A DNA stretch of 62,847 nucleotides, filler included, from Reclinomonas americana ATCC 50394 (taxonomy: Eukaryota): the NCBI GenBank assembly GCA_048213135.1. It is 14 parts of 14 records of this genome, joined end to end, with 100 filler letters (N's around TTAATTAATTAA, not from the genome) between each part and the next. Parts side by side here need not be neighbours in the genome. Positions count along the whole stretch, not along the records: positions 32,608 to 41,852 come from AFZH01020663.1; positions 41,953 to 43,840 come from AFZH01020665.1; positions 43,941 to 49,553 come from AFZH01020666.1; positions 49,654 to 51,005 come from AFZH01020667.1; positions 51,106 to 53,038 come from AFZH01020669.1; 9 more parts are not named here. One strand, 5' to 3'. This document shows positions 38,317-51,900 of the stretch, in pieces; position 1 is the first letter of the stretch; the number at the start of each line of letters is the position of its first letter. The notes under the pieces are model-generated. The model did not search any database and was not told where the DNA came from. It worked only from the letters and a program-made list of their open reading frames with translations. The position numbers and the translations under genes are program-made.

Positions 38317-41300
38317 TCACCACCCTTCCCCTTCGGTTCCCCTCCCTACGCAACTCGTGGGCCAGTACGCCACATCACCATACTCCACCACCTTCTTCTT
38401 CGTTAGCGATCCATACACGCGACCGTGATACAATTCACCGACGGCGGGATCGGCGAGCGGAATCACCAACATGCCGTTCAGCATGTACCACGTCGACACC
38501 TCCAACGACTGCTCCCACAAGCGATCACCCACCACCTGGCGCACATTTTTTCCTGAGCCGTCACACCTATCACATCGAGCACGATGCACGGCGGCGTACC
38601 GACTCAAACAGGTGCACGGCAAACGGCTGCAGCAGCTCTTCGGGATCCAACATCGAGTCCACGTCAGCCGACGCATCACTGGGGCGCATCAGCTGCAACT
38701 CGACGCGACGCGACGGCGTGATGCGGAAGGGCGCGTTGTGCGGCACCTGACTGATCGTCAGCTCTCTGCGCACAGCACGAGTGTGTGAGGACAGGAGCAC
38801 CAAAAGTATCGACATGGAGCCAAGGCGCGCAACTTGGGTGCAATGGTCTTGGCGAATCCGAGACACTCGGCGCCGAAACCGCCATGTTCGTAATGTGTGG
38901 TTCCGTCATGAGTGCACAGGTACGCGGCACCGCCTGGCGACTCTTGCCACAGAGCGAGCGCGCCCTTTCCGTGCCGCGCAGAAAGTTTCGCTGTCCGATA
39001 CACCTGCTCCGACAAGAAAGACAGGGTCAGCGAACAGAGACACTCCACCGTCTAACACACAAGCGGTGCGCTCGCAACTTCTGTGGTTCGATCTGTGGAG
39101 GGGAACTTCATGGTGTAGACGCCACTCAGCACGCCGAATGTGCCAAACACAGGCAACCTGCAATACGTGTGAGAATCGACGACGGCCGCGCTCACCGAGG
39201 CGACAGACACGCAACTCGCTCAGCACAAGCGCGGCCGCATCGGCAGCCTTCCGATCACACGCGTACACAAACGACGCCACATTGGTGGTGATATGGAGGT
39301 ATTCGACCGGCTCGATTGTCTGCGCAACTCCAAACGACTGCGGCGAAACGGGTGAGGACCGAAAGACGTCTGCCAAGCAGCAACAACTACACAGGGCGCA
39401 ATAAACCTGTCTGGGGTATGCGGCGGCAGAGAACAGGCTGCCAGAGCTTGACGCACGCGGCAGCGGCGTCTCATCGTCCGACAAGGAACCCGAAGGCGAG
39501 TCCCTCGGCCTCTTTTTCGGCGCCTTTCGTGCCTTGTGTTGGCGCGAAGGACCGCCTCCACCGCGGCCGTCCACGCTCTCACCATCCGAGTCCTCCAGCA
39601 ACATCTGCGCAAGGAATATAAGAGGATGATTACTTGATTTCTTTTTACGTTGGCGAGTATCGCAACTGGCGCGACTTCCGACTGCTCTTCCGGCTGGCTC
39701 GACTTTGCCCATGACAGGCTGGCCGGTACATCCGGCACAGCGGGTGTGGCCGGAGCGGCCGCAGTGGAGACTGAGGATCCTGCGGCATCGGTGCGCTGCC
39801 TCTTCACTGCAGGTTCGCCCGACTGAGAGCGACTGTGGCGCGATGCAGAAGCTGTAAGGACCACGACCCACAGATATCTCCTTCTCCATAGCCAAACGCA
39901 ACGTCGTGACAGTGGCGGCAACGACACAGGGAAGCCAACGCTGTCGCTCCACCGGCTGTCGAGGTACCGGCTTGTCCAAGTCGAAGGCAACGTGATAGAA
40001 GCGGAGTGCGCGCCACCGCGAGTAGTGATCGCAGGAAGCAGGTGCCCTGCGATATGTTTGTCGGTGCATGATACACACAGGAGAAGAAAGATGCACCACA
40101 AAAAACACACCTCAACCACGTCCACATGCGCTTCACCGAAGATGTCGGCAAATTGTGCAACACGCCGAGAGCAGCCGCCACGTGCTCCAGCTTTAGCGGT
40201 GCAATGGACGCAGCGAGGTGATTCCGCCATGATAGCCTGCCGAAAAAGTACGACTCTTCGACGCCGTGACCACGAGAGTAATCCGCATCCTCCTTGATGT
40301 GTTGCTGTGGTCACTCGGTGTGAGACAGACACCACACCGCACAAAAACTCTTACGCCACGTCGCGCACCGTCTGCAACACATCGGAGAGCGGCGCCAGTA
40401 ACCGATTGCGAAAGTGCGGAGACTCGCGCACACCAATGTCGTCCAGCGTCACCAACACACGGCCCATGAGTTCCTCCGCAGCAGCCGATTGTCCAGACAA
40501 CTGTGCATCTGCGCCGGCCACCGCCAGCACACACAGCATGCAGACGTGCACCACGTCAAACGCCGCCGCCGATCTGCATCCCTTGATGGATGAGCACCGG
40601 AGGACACACAGCGACTGGGAATGGTGCGCAACGAAAAGCCCTGCCACATGGACTCGATCAACTCGGTTCGGCCGGGAAACTCGGCGCACGCATTGCACAT
40701 GGCCGCCCAGCACTGCGCAGGGTGTCAGCGCTCCCATAGCTCCATCTCTTTCTACCCAAAAAACACAGACCTTGTAAATGGCACACGCCACGACAAAGTT
40801 GTGCGACGGATGCAACTGCTCGCCCTCCATGAAGCGTCGACATCTGGCCATCACACCTTCGGTTTCGGCGGCCTCCAGAGGCGCCAGACGACCAATGGCC
40901 AAGAAGATCTCCGCCACGTAGTGACTGTCCGAGTACTGTGGCACGAGAAATGAGAGTGAAAGTCGGCTGCAGATCGCGCAGCACGTGCACACGATACCTC
41001 GTTCGACTCGTTGTTATTCATGTCGAGCAGATCGAGGAAAAAGTTGCGGACGACGGTGCGCGTCTCGACCGTCACCTTGGGCATGCTGCCGATTGCCGAC
41101 ATGCCCTCGATCAGTCCCTGCAGTATACAGAGGTGAGCGCGACCTGGATCTGTCAGAGAGAGTGAGGCGTGCCAAGTGCCACACCTTTTCGAAAAAGTAG
41201 GTCGGCACATTGGTGAAGCGATTCGGAGCCACCATGGCGTGCTCCGCGGAGAAGAATAGGCGCTTGAACAGGTCAATGAGGAAGCCGACGCCGTTGCGCG

Positions 41301-41799
41301 TGCCCTTGCCGGTGAACTGCACGAGGGTGTCGGCGGCGCCGGAACGGCAGCGGTGGAAGAAGCGTGGGTTGAGCATAAAGTCCTCCAGGTAGGTGCCGAC
41401 GGTGCCGCGGTAGGTGAATGAGTGGAGGGCTTCGATGGCCTGCGGGGAGGGGGGAGAAGGGGTATGAGGGAAAAGAGGGGAAGGGGGAAGAAAAGGGGGG
41501 AGAGAAGGGGGAGAGAAGAGGAAGAGAGGGGAAGGGAGGGAAGGAGATGGGAAGAGAGAGGCGAGGGAGATAGGAGAAGGGAAGTGGGCAGGAATGGTGA
41601 AGGGTGAGAGGAGGGAAAGCGAGGGGAGGAAGGGAGGGCAAGAGAGGAAGGAGGAAGGAGGAGAGGAGAAGGGTGGGGAGGGGGAGGGGGAATGGAGGTC
41701 AGCATGCGTTCACTCCAGCATGATCACTGCTGTTTCATCCGTTCCCCATCGTTCGATTCACGTTTCTTAATGTCTCCTCGCTCTCCCTGTCTCTGGTTG

Positions 41800-41846
<47 letters not shown>

Positions 41847-42016
41847 CGTCTCNNNNNNNNNNNNNNNNNNNNNNNNNNNNNNNNNNNNNNNNNNNNTTAA
41901 TTAATTAANNNNNNNNNNNNNNNNNNNNNNNNNNNNNNNNNNNNNNNNNNNNAAAGAAACTGGGGGCGCAAAGAGATAAAAGGACAGGATTCAAGAGATG
42001 GCATATACGTACACTA

Positions 42017-42049
<33 letters not shown>

Positions 42050-44157
42050 GATTGAAACAGAGAGTGAGAGACAAAGCGAGTGAGACGTATGCAGAGAGAA
42101 AGGAGGCAACGAGACATGGGGACAGAGAGACTGAAACACTGCGACAGTGAGAAAAGAAGATGAAGCACAAGAAGAATGCAAGTGAGAGCGACAGACACAC
42201 AACAGAGAGGCTGCGAGACGTGAAGACAATCATAGAGTGAGACGATGCAGAAGAGGGAATGCGAGTGAGAGCGACAGACGTGCAAAGGCAAGCCAGAGAA
42301 CATGAGGCACGCCTCCACCACGTACTCTAACCCGCACGTTCCCTTTTCCCCAATCCTTTCCCCACACCACTCACCATTCGTTGCATGTACTTGAGTTCGT
42401 TGCGTCCAAACATACTGTCGTAAAAGTAGTCGCACATGTACCCCGCAATGCCGACCTCCAGCCACATGTCACCCCTGCAGCAGGCCGACAAATGAGCCCC
42501 TAAACGACCAAAAAAAGACAAAGAGATTCCCCCTCGCTGCTCACCACTCCTCGGCCAGCACGAGCGCCTTGACGTACGAGAGGGCCACGGCGAACGCGAG
42601 CTGTTTTCGCGCGTGCATCACTGGATCAATCACGTCCAACGGATGGAGCAGTGAACGGCTGGGCGAGAAAACCATGAGAACTCGGGTGAGACACAGGAAA
42701 GAGCGCAAACTGCAGACCTGCACAGCGCAAAGTTAAAGGTGCTCATTGTCTCCTCGGGGATGTCGTCGACAAAGATTAGCGTGTACTGGCCACCAAAGAT
42801 GATGCCGAATGTGAGGCCGAACTCGCGATCATATGTCTCAAACACCTGCACACACACACAGCACAGCAATAAGAAGAGGAAGATAACAGGGGGAATCAGA
42901 GAAGAGACAGAGACGAGAACCAGTGAAGGGGGAAGGGTTCGACAAATCCCGAGTGAAGAATGCAAACGAGTGACATGATTTGTGTCAAAAAAGGGACAGG
43001 CGTCAACATGAATCCTAGCAAGGACAGAGATGCAGCAACACAATTCAACGCCCTTCCCCACAGCCTCCTCACCCGATGCATGTATGAACACGTGGCAATC
43101 AATCTCTGTGCGCGCGCAATGGCCTCCTCGGTAATCGCCTCCGCTTCGGCCGGGTCACCGGAATCCACCGGACGCACGACCAAGCACGCCAACTCCTGCT
43201 GCGGGAACGACTCGGGAACATACATCTCAAAGTCGCCAATCGCCAGCGACAAGTGACGCGCGGGAATCGGCGTCTCCACCACAAACACATCGGTGCGCAG
43301 ATCGGTCTCCGGGTTCTCCATCTGCGTCTTTATGAGAGAAGGAAATGTGCATCCTGACGAAATGGCACTCGTGACGCAACTCGCTCCTTGACGATTCCCG
43401 AACACACAGTCGTCAGGTGCAAATGCGTAATGATCTCCACGCGATATCGGCAGCATTCGCTGGCGCCCTCCACGCACGGCACCCAGCCGCACGTTTGCAG
43501 CGGCCCAATGATAGTGTACATGTAGTTGTGACGGAACACCACACACGACGGCGACTTGACCTCGTACGCGATGCGCAGCTTGCGTTGCGGCAGTCCACCG
43601 TCGAGCGCCACCTGCGGCAGTGGAGGCAGTGGAGGCACGCGCACAATCAAGTTGCCCTTGCGCAGTGATTGCACCGAGGCGGCGTAGGCGGGGAAGTAGT
43701 CGCGCAGGGCAGCGGGGCCTTCGGAGACTGGGGGAGGGGGAAGGGAGGGAGGGAGGGAGAAGGAGAGAGAGGGGAAGGGAGGGAGAAGGGGAAGGGAGGG
43801 AGAAGGGGAAGAGAGGGAGAAGGGGAAGAGAGGGAGAAGGNNNNNNNNNNNNNNNNNNNNNNNNNNNNNNNNNNNNNNNNNNNNTTAATTAATTAANNNN
43901 NNNNNNNNNNNNNNNNNNNNNNNNNNNNNNNNNNNNNNNNGAGGACAAGTGACTCCTGTGCGGAAATGCATGTCATGAAGCGATGGATGCCTGACGTTCT
44001 CTCTCTCTCTCTCAAGGTGTGTGTAAGAGAGAGTGAGAATGTGTGTAAGAGAGAGTGAGAGAGAGAGAGTGTGTGTGAGAGAGAGAGAGAGTGAGCGAGT
44101 GAGTGGACAAGTGACTACCGCGCGGAATGCATGTCGGAAATCGATGGACGCTTGACG

Positions 44158-44194
<37 letters not shown>

Positions 44195-44214
44195 TGTGTG
44201 TTTGTGTGTGTTTG

Positions 44215-44245
<31 letters not shown>

Positions 44246-44669
44246 CACTCTCTCTCTCTTTCTCTCCATCGCACTCACCAATATCTTGCGCTGAGAGTCG
44301 GATCTCTGAGCCTGTCGACATTGCAGCCGAGCCCGCAGCACTCAGCGTGTACTCCACAAGACCCTTTCGCACCAAAGTCCGTCAGTCTGCTTTGCATGTC
44401 GGTCACTCACGATCAGTCACTCACCTTGAACAGCTGCGTGGCCAAGTCAACTTGGACACACACCGCTGCATGCTCTGCAGTCCCATAACACAGTCCCCGC
44501 ACAGGAGAGAGAGAGCGTGTGAGTGAGTGAGACAACACGGAGTGCGCCATTTCACACAGACTGCCTTTTGCTCAGCTCAGAGAGAGAGGCACGCACCTGC
44601 AAAAGGCGCATTGGCGGATGATGCACCGCCACTGCCAGCTGCAGAGCCCGACGAGGAGCCAGCGCTCAT
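38317..44669 (-). CDS. TAF2: TFIID subunit TAF2 (aminopeptidase-N-like fold), multi-exon, spans two gaps; C-terminal extension and exact stop unresolved
   Basis: Ordered TAF2 motifs: PFAEHAAVCVQVD, WVPCVE, LSLAIGDFE, LLHPLDVID, DMWLEVGIAGY, FGRNELKY, RFFHRCRSGAA, NRFTNVPTYF, LDLLDMNNNESNEYSDSHYVA, LHPSHN. Confidence 0.88.
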
Positions 44670-45176
44670 GGGGTGGAGGAATGTGTGTGGGACACGGAAG
44701 GACACGTATGCATGCACGTGTGTGGATGCCGCTGCCACTGTGCATCGAAGGAGCCAGAAAGGAGACGAGCATGACTATCACCATCAGCGTCGTTTGTTGC
44801 TCGTGAGAGAAAAGAAAGAGAGAGAAAAACAAGCATGAAGTTGTCATGTTTTCCTCTCCCTGTCGCTCTCTCTTTCTCTCTGCGTCCTTCGTGTGCCGTC
44901 TGATTTCCTTCATGGCATGCTCCGAAGAGCGGAAGCGGGCGCGCGCGTCGTCACGCGACTTCGACGTTGGGTTCGAAGTGGAGCATTGGTGCGACGCATT
45001 GCATGAGTCCCCGCGCCTTGTGAAGCAAGATTGGAGCGTTGAGAGCGAGCGAGAGAGCAAGCAAGAGAGAGTGCGCAGAGAGAGGTGAGAGATGAGAGAT
45101 GATTGGCAGAAAGCCAGTGGGGGAATCACAGACACACACACGCGCGCCCTTCATCTCCTGATCCTTTCTCCTGTTT

Positions 45177-45692
45177 TCATTTCCACAGCGGTTTCCCCAA
45201 GATCAACATCTTCGTCAACCGCTGTATGCTGCCGACCATGGCCGCCAGGAACACCGGGCCCACATACCACCCCGGCACAAAGTGATCAAACACAAATCCA
45301 CTCGCCAGCGCCACCCCTTGCAGCCCAAATCGCCACGCCGGCGGCAAGAGACGCGAGGCGGCCTTCATCGCTGTGCCGCCCACTGCAGAAATCGGCACCT
45401 GAATCAGCATGTTCACCTGAAAGTGCGCCGCGCAAATGCCCGCGGCCGACGTCAGCAGCGGCGCGATGCTCGCGGCGATCTTTTGCCGCCGCGTCACTGG
45501 CCGTATGTCGTCCGCCTCCTCGTCGTCATCGTCGGCATCGACGTCCTCTGGTCTCTTCTGGCTCTTGGCATCTGCGCATGTGGGCGCTGTGTATGTGATT
45601 GATGTGCGCTTCCGTGATGTGCGCAGCTCGGTGTCGCTCAGCGGCACGGTGTCGGAGTTGAGGGTTTGGTAGGCGTCGGAGGCCGAGGCCAT
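45177..45692 (-). CDS. Small intronless hypothetical membrane protein (171 aa)
   Basis: ATG at 45692; acidic disordered N-terminus followed by several hydrophobic, Gly/Ala-rich helices. Confidence 0.6.
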   Translation of the reverse strand: MASASDAYQTLNSDTVPLSDTELRTSRKRTSITYTAPTCADAKSQKRPEDVDADDDDEEADDIRPVTRRQKIAASIAPLLTSAAGICAAHFQVNMLIQVPISAVGGTAMKAASRLLPPAWRFGLQGVALASGFVFDHFVPGWYVGPVFLAAMVGSIQRLTKMLILGKPLWK

Positions 45693-46214
45693 GCGGGCGG
45701 ACGGGGAGAGGAGAGCGTGCGTGTGCGTGGGTAGAGGACAGTCGGTGCTCGCGTAGACGTCTGTGGGTGCAAGTGTGTGCAAGTGTGAGAGAGAGTGTGT
45801 GTGTGTTTGAGATAGAGAGAGTGAGTGAGTGAGAGTGTGTGTGTGAATTAGTTAGGTGGAGGATAAGGCGACGGAACCGGCAAATATAACAATATTAATG
45901 TGAAGATCGCAGTTCTCGACTTGTTGGTCATCAAGACAGCTGTTGCTTGTTTGTTGGTGAATATAATGAATTATTATTGGAATGTGGTGAATGTTATGTA
46001 CACGTGAACTGACAAAGGTTTTAGAGAAAGCCAGTGATTACGCCCACACGGGTAAAGGGTTTACGGGAAAAAGAAACGCTGATCACACACAACGCGCATC
46101 GGTTCAAGGGTAAAGACGGGTAGAGGAAGACACTGATTTCTGCGCGCACATCTGATACGAAATGAGAGTGTGCATTCAAGGACGTGCGATGAGTGCTGAC
46201 GCTGTTGAATTCTG

Positions 46215-49146
46215 TCACATGTCACTCACTCTTCTCCTGCACACTCTGCGCATTTTCCGCAGCGCATCCGACGTAAATATGCCCAGCTTGTCCACGTTGC
46301 TGCCATCCACGTTGACGACGAGTTCGGGCACAGTGCCCTCCACTGTGTCCTCCTCGACCCATCGCACTGGCCATGCACCAGGAGCCACGTTGACCTTTTC
46401 CTGCGCAACGGAAGTGGAGTGAATAAAAGAAGCACTAACTCCTCCTTCTCCCGGCTGCCTCACCACTGCCTTCTCTCCCACGGCCACCTCCTGTCCCTCG
46501 CCTGGTAACGCAAAATGCACCCGCACCAGCGCCGCAAGTGCACCCTCCGACTTCAAAGCCTTGACGAGTTCCCTTGCTACGCTGTTGAGTCGCGGATCCG
46601 TGGTCTGCACACTCGCGACAGCCTTCTCCTTGCTCACTGCTTCACCGCCGCCCTTGGTCTTGAAGGCCACGAGTAGCAACACGAACTTGGTGGGATCGGC
46701 GGCCAGCGGCACACAGGCGACAATGTCGGGGCCACTCTTACGCCCCCCAGTCGGAAGGAGAGCAGCAAACGGCTTGCGCTGCCATACGCGCTCCGATGTC
46801 TCACCTCCTTCCTTCTCCTGCGCTCGCGCAAATTCCAAGCACCGCTGCACAAAGGCAGCGGGGGTGGCGCCAGTGGCCGGCGGCAAGGCATCCCGGTCGC
46901 CACGGCCCACACCGTACACGTCGTCCAGCACTGCATGCGCCACCGCCACTCCACGGGCGAGCGGTGCCGACTCGCGCATATCCCAGATGACAGGTCGACG
47001 CGGCTGTGACATGGGACTCGACAGGATGCTGTACATCATCTTCGTCGGCGACGATGACTCCTCGTTGTCGCAAGTGGCATCATCAGCAGACCTAACGGCG
47101 TAGGGAGGAAAGACAAATGAGGCTCTCTGCTTCTCCGAGAGAGAGAGAGAGAGAGAGAGAAATACGAATGTGAAACACGGCACGCAACGGCTGCAAGAAG
47201 TTGCGCGCGAGGGCGCCAGTGATGCCCACCATGTCTGGGTGCAGGTCACTCTCGCACAGACAAACGGCTACAAACGCCTCCAGCTCGAGACCAATTTGCG
47301 ATTGTGTGCGCTGCTGGAGGAGGCTGGCCACCACCGTGGCGGCGGCCTTTCGCAGCGCACGACGAACAACGTCCAACACAAACGGCTGGGAAGTATGGCA
47401 GAAAGAAGCGTCAGACAAACAAATCGAAAACGACCGACGCAAACCTACCATTTCTGCCGCACCTCGCAAGAGTACAACACGCTGCCATCCCACCGACTCG
47501 CCGGATACGCCGACGGCGAGTTTGCCAACGATACCAGCCTAGTACCCTCCTCCGACAGCACAAAGCAGAGACCACGCTCCACGGCATCAATGAACTCCGA
47601 CGGCATAGGGTCGTCGTCGAGAAAGGCACCAAAAGCAAAGTACTCGGCCTCGTAGAGTTTGCGAGCGAGCTGTGCATGCGAGGGGATAAAGGGTATGAGA
47701 CAAAAAGTTGACCAACAGCGCGGAACCGGTCGTGGATGTAGGGAAGAGAAGAACGCATTACCTCGACCAGTGATGTATACTCCGGCAAGCGTGACGCTGA
47801 CACGAGCTGGTGCGCCAGTCTGTCCGAGATCCCGGTCTTGGAATCCTCCGTGAGGACCTCCTGAACTGCACCCGCGGACGACTTGCCATCCCACCGGAGT
47901 TGCAGGTAGCGCATCGTGAGGCGCGCGCGGCCTGCGAGAATGTAAGAGGGGGGGAAAGAGCACAACAATGAGAGAAAATTGCACAATCCCTTGCTAACCT
48001 TGCAGCGACGCGGCATCGGCACCGGTGCAGTCGGTGATGCCGCACCGCTGGAGCACCGCCTTGATGTCATCGGTGAGCCACGGGCGCAGCAGATGGCCGA
48101 GTTGATGCAGGCGATCCGGTTTGCCCGCCGTGGCCGATTCGAACGGAGCGGCATCACGCAGCGACAGGGATGTGCCGGCCACAACGCTGCCAGCGTAGTT
48201 GAGGCCGAGCAGGTAGCGCGTCACGACGCTAAGCGCACTGCGATTACTTACGCGCTGTGCGTTGAGGGAGAATGGTGAGCGAGTGAAGGAAGCAAGCGAA
48301 GAATGAAGAGGTGCTATAATAGAAACACAACATACTTGTCCTGGAAGCGATTCTCCAGCACACGGAGAAGGGCGCCAGCCTCATCGACAGCAATAATGGG
48401 ATACTCGTTGGTAGTCAAGGTTGCACGTGTCAGTCGGCACAGTGCCGTGCACAGATCAGACGGCACACGTGCATCCAGCGAGCGCAGTGCACGCACCAAC
48501 CCGCCAGTGAAATCGCCCTTGATAACATTGCCTTGCAACTGTAACAGGAGCCAGTGTTCGGGCGACTTCAACAGGCCGGCACTGTGCAGCACCAGCATCG
48601 TGGCCAGGCGAGCCGAGAGGAGGAGCGCGAACACGTCCATGCATGCATATTCTAGGCGTTGCACACTGTCGGTAATTCTACCGCCCAGTTCCTCCATCGC
48701 CAAGAGCGTCAGCTGCACGCCGCCGTCTGGCTTGCCCATCCGCCCACCGCTCATGTCCAGAAAGACACCGTAGCGGCGGCGCAGCACGTCAAACATACAC
48801 TTGGTCTTTCCGGCGCCGCTCACAGTGATGAGCGAGGCCATTCGCCCATCGCGTGCGTTCTCAAGCACAGCTGCCGCGGCAGCCGATGAAGCAAGCGGGT
48901 CGCCGCGATCGCCAGCGAACAGACGCCAGTCGAGCAGCGTCGGGTACGACACGACAGTGGGCAGTGTGAGAGTGACAGCACTGCCCTGAGCCATCTCGAT
49001 ACTCTTGCTGGCCATTGGCGCTCCGACGGCCAGCTCGGCGATGGGCACACTTCCTCCTCTGCCCGCCCACACAAGCACATCGGCAGCGACGGCGTCAAGC
49101 GCGAGTGCGGCAGTCTTGTGCTCCGTGCGATACTGCGTCAGCCATT
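46215..49146 (-). CDS. Crinkler/RHS-type (CR) protein: P-loop NTPase + restriction-endonuclease-like domain; 5' end not resolved
   Basis: Walker A-like ITVSGAGKT followed by YGVFLD, Walker B IIAVDEA, then a C-terminal LLPTGGRKSGPDIV...LLLVAFK (PD-(D/E)xK-like). GT-AG introns join the frames. Confidence 0.7.
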
Positions 49147-49350
49147 CTGTGTGCGCACACAGAGATTGGAGGAGAAGGAGGAAGAGGATGACCACAAAGA
49201 CAAGCAGAATGAGCAGGAGGAGCAGAGAGAGAGAGAGAGAGGTCAGCGTGTGAACAACAGTCACTCCTTATGAAAGCTGCATGCGTCACCACTCTCTTCA
49301 TGCAATCACTGCCTAACCTAACGTGGCAATCACCTCTCTCTCTCTCTCTC

Positions 49351-49450
<100 letters not shown>

Positions 49451-49776
49451 GTCGTACGTACGTACGTACGACCGTACGTACGTACGTACGTACGTACGTA
49501 CGTACGTACGTACGTACGTACGTACGTAGTAGTACGTACGTACGTACGTACGTNNNNNNNNNNNNNNNNNNNNNNNNNNNNNNNNNNNNNNNNNNNNTTA
49601 ATTAATTAANNNNNNNNNNNNNNNNNNNNNNNNNNNNNNNNNNNNNNNNNNNNCGTACGTACGTACGTACGTACCGTACCGTACCGTACCTTACCGTTAC
49701 CTACGTACGTACGTACGTACTACGTACGTACCTACCGTACGTACGTACGTACGTACTACTCTCTCTCTCTCTCTCT

Positions 49777-49878
<102 letters not shown>

Positions 49879-50372
49879 CTCCAGTGTCACCACATCCGCG
49901 ATCTCATACACACTCACCAGAGAATTTACGGTGCAACTGTTGCTCCGGAGGCGCTATTATATGAAGGGAGCGAGAGAAAGAATGAGTTAAGTGGTATGGA
50001 AAAAAAGCCAAGCGGGACATGACTTTCGTCACACCTGCTGATGTGGAGAAACGGCTCTTCACAAGAGAAAGAGAGAGGTGGCGGTGACGCACAAGAGCAC
50101 ACCAACCACCGCCCATCATTGGCGCAGGCACGGTTCGTTGTGTAAAACAGAAGAGGACTCGACGTCGACGTCGGCGATCCGGCGGGGGTTATTTGGACAT
50201 TCGTGCACAACCAGCAGGTTGCGCCGCATATGCATGTAAGGTACTGCTTATCTCCGCGTGCGTTGGGACATCTCGCCGCCCCTGTCTGTCGGAATGCCGA
50301 TGGCCGCTAAATATCATCAGTGATGAATTTTCCGAGCAGACGGCGGCGGGGGGAGGTGTGTGTGTGTGTGTG

Positions 50373-50409
<37 letters not shown>

Positions 50410-50553
50410 GTGAGTGAGTGAGTGAGTGAGTGAGTGAGTGTGTGAGTGTGTGTGTGTGTGTGTGGGTGAGAGAGAGTGTGTGTGTGATTTAGGTGAAGGA
50501 TGATAAGGTCACCTGTCGCTGTCTTCTCAGTGTGAGTGACGGCAGCGTTTTAA

Positions 50554-50949
50554 TCACAACACGTTGCACTTATTTCCTCCTCCTCCTCCTCGTCCTCTGA
50601 GCATCATTTCCGGCGGTCCATAGCACACAGCCACCTCACGATCAGCTGCAGCTGCTTGCCGCCTGGCCTCGCTCTTCGCCAGCATCTCTCTCTCAAACAG
50701 CTCCGCTGCATACTTTCGCGCCTCTGTGATCGCCTCGTTGTCTGGCAAGTTGGCGGCGACTACAGCGGGACCGGCGCCAAAGGGAGTGGCGTCGCGCTGC
50801 GTGGCGTAGTATCGCTCGCGCTCGGCGTTGTCTCCTTGCGCGCGGCGTTCGCGCTCGTGCGCCAAGGCGCTGAGGATCGCTTGCACGCCGTTGATGCCGT
50901 GAGCGGCGAAGAAGCGGTCGACGAGCTGTGTGCCGCTCTCTGCGGACAT
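50554..50949 (-). CDS. Small intronless protein ending in CaaX prenylation motif (CNVL)
   Basis: 131-aa ORF ending GGGGGNKCNVL*. A diverged paralog lies next to it. Confidence 0.7.
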   Translation of the reverse strand: MSAESGTQLVDRFFAAHGINGVQAILSALAHERERRAQGDNAERERYYATQRDATPFGAGPAVVAANLPDNEAITEARKYAAELFEREMLAKSEARRQAAAADREVAVCYGPPEMMLRGRGGGGGNKCNVL

Positions 50950-51105
50950 TGGGGGAAGAAGAGATGGGTTCGAATTTTCCGAGCGGACGGCTGCGCGGGG
51001 GGGTGNNNNNNNNNNNNNNNNNNNNNNNNNNNNNNNNNNNNNNNNNNNNTTAATTAATTAANNNNNNNNNNNNNNNNNNNNNNNNNNNNNNNNNNNNNNN
51101 NNNNN

Positions 51106-51394
51106 GCGTCGCCTCGATCTTCACCAGCATCTCTCTCTCGAACAGCTCTGCTGCATACTTTCGCGCCTCTGTGATCGCCTCGTTGTCTGGCAGGTTGGCG
51201 GCGACGACAGCGGGACCGGAGTCAAAGGGAGTGGTGTCGCGCTGCGTGGCGTAGTATCGCTCGCGTTCGGCGTTGTCTCCTTGCGCGCGACGTTCGCGCT
51301 CGTGCGCCAAGGCGTTGAGGAGGGCTTGGAGGCCGCGGGTGCCGTGTGCGGCGTAGAAGCGGTTGACGAGCTGCTTGCCGCTCTCAACGGACAT
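51106..51394 (-). CDS. Tandem paralog of the 50554-50949 protein, truncated by gap
   Basis: MSVESGKQLVNRFYAAHG...LAHERERRAQGDNAERERYYATQRD...EARKYAAELFEREML is near-identical to the neighbour, with scattered substitutions. Confidence 0.7.
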
Positions 51395-51900
51395 GAGATG
51401 GGGGAAGAGAGGTGATGAATTTTCCGAGCGGACAGCAATGGCGAGGTTTTGGAGGTTGCGAGGCTTGCAGGGCGAGGACAGAATACCACGGTGACCGAAG
51501 CTGCACGCCAGAGCTCACTGGAAATCACTTGCACATTTACTCATGCATGCAGTTTTCGCTTCGAATTCGATCGCGAACTCGCCAAGCATCGCTGCGTGGA
51601 CAGCTCGTTGGCGTGAGGCGCTGAATGTGTTCGAGTCGTCCGGTTTCACGCGCTCCTCCACCAGAGGAGATGAGGATCGTGCAGGTGGCTCACTGTGCTA
51701 ACTTTTTCCAGACGTGCAAACGCTTCCGATCGATGATATCGCTCCACATGCACATGTACACGGCCTCTGTCGACCTCGTCCCTCTAGATCTCGCATGCCA
51801 ATGATCGCTGTGCAGCTGCGCAGGCAGCTTGGCGCGCCATGCCGATTGCTTGATCTTGAATTCGAAATTGCAATTGCTGCCTGAAAATCTTTCCCCACAC

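Noticed and set aside
43943..44165. Short duplicated segments inside introns (also 57586-57910, 38260-38330)
   Set aside because: Local low-complexity duplications near gaps; no evidence of function.
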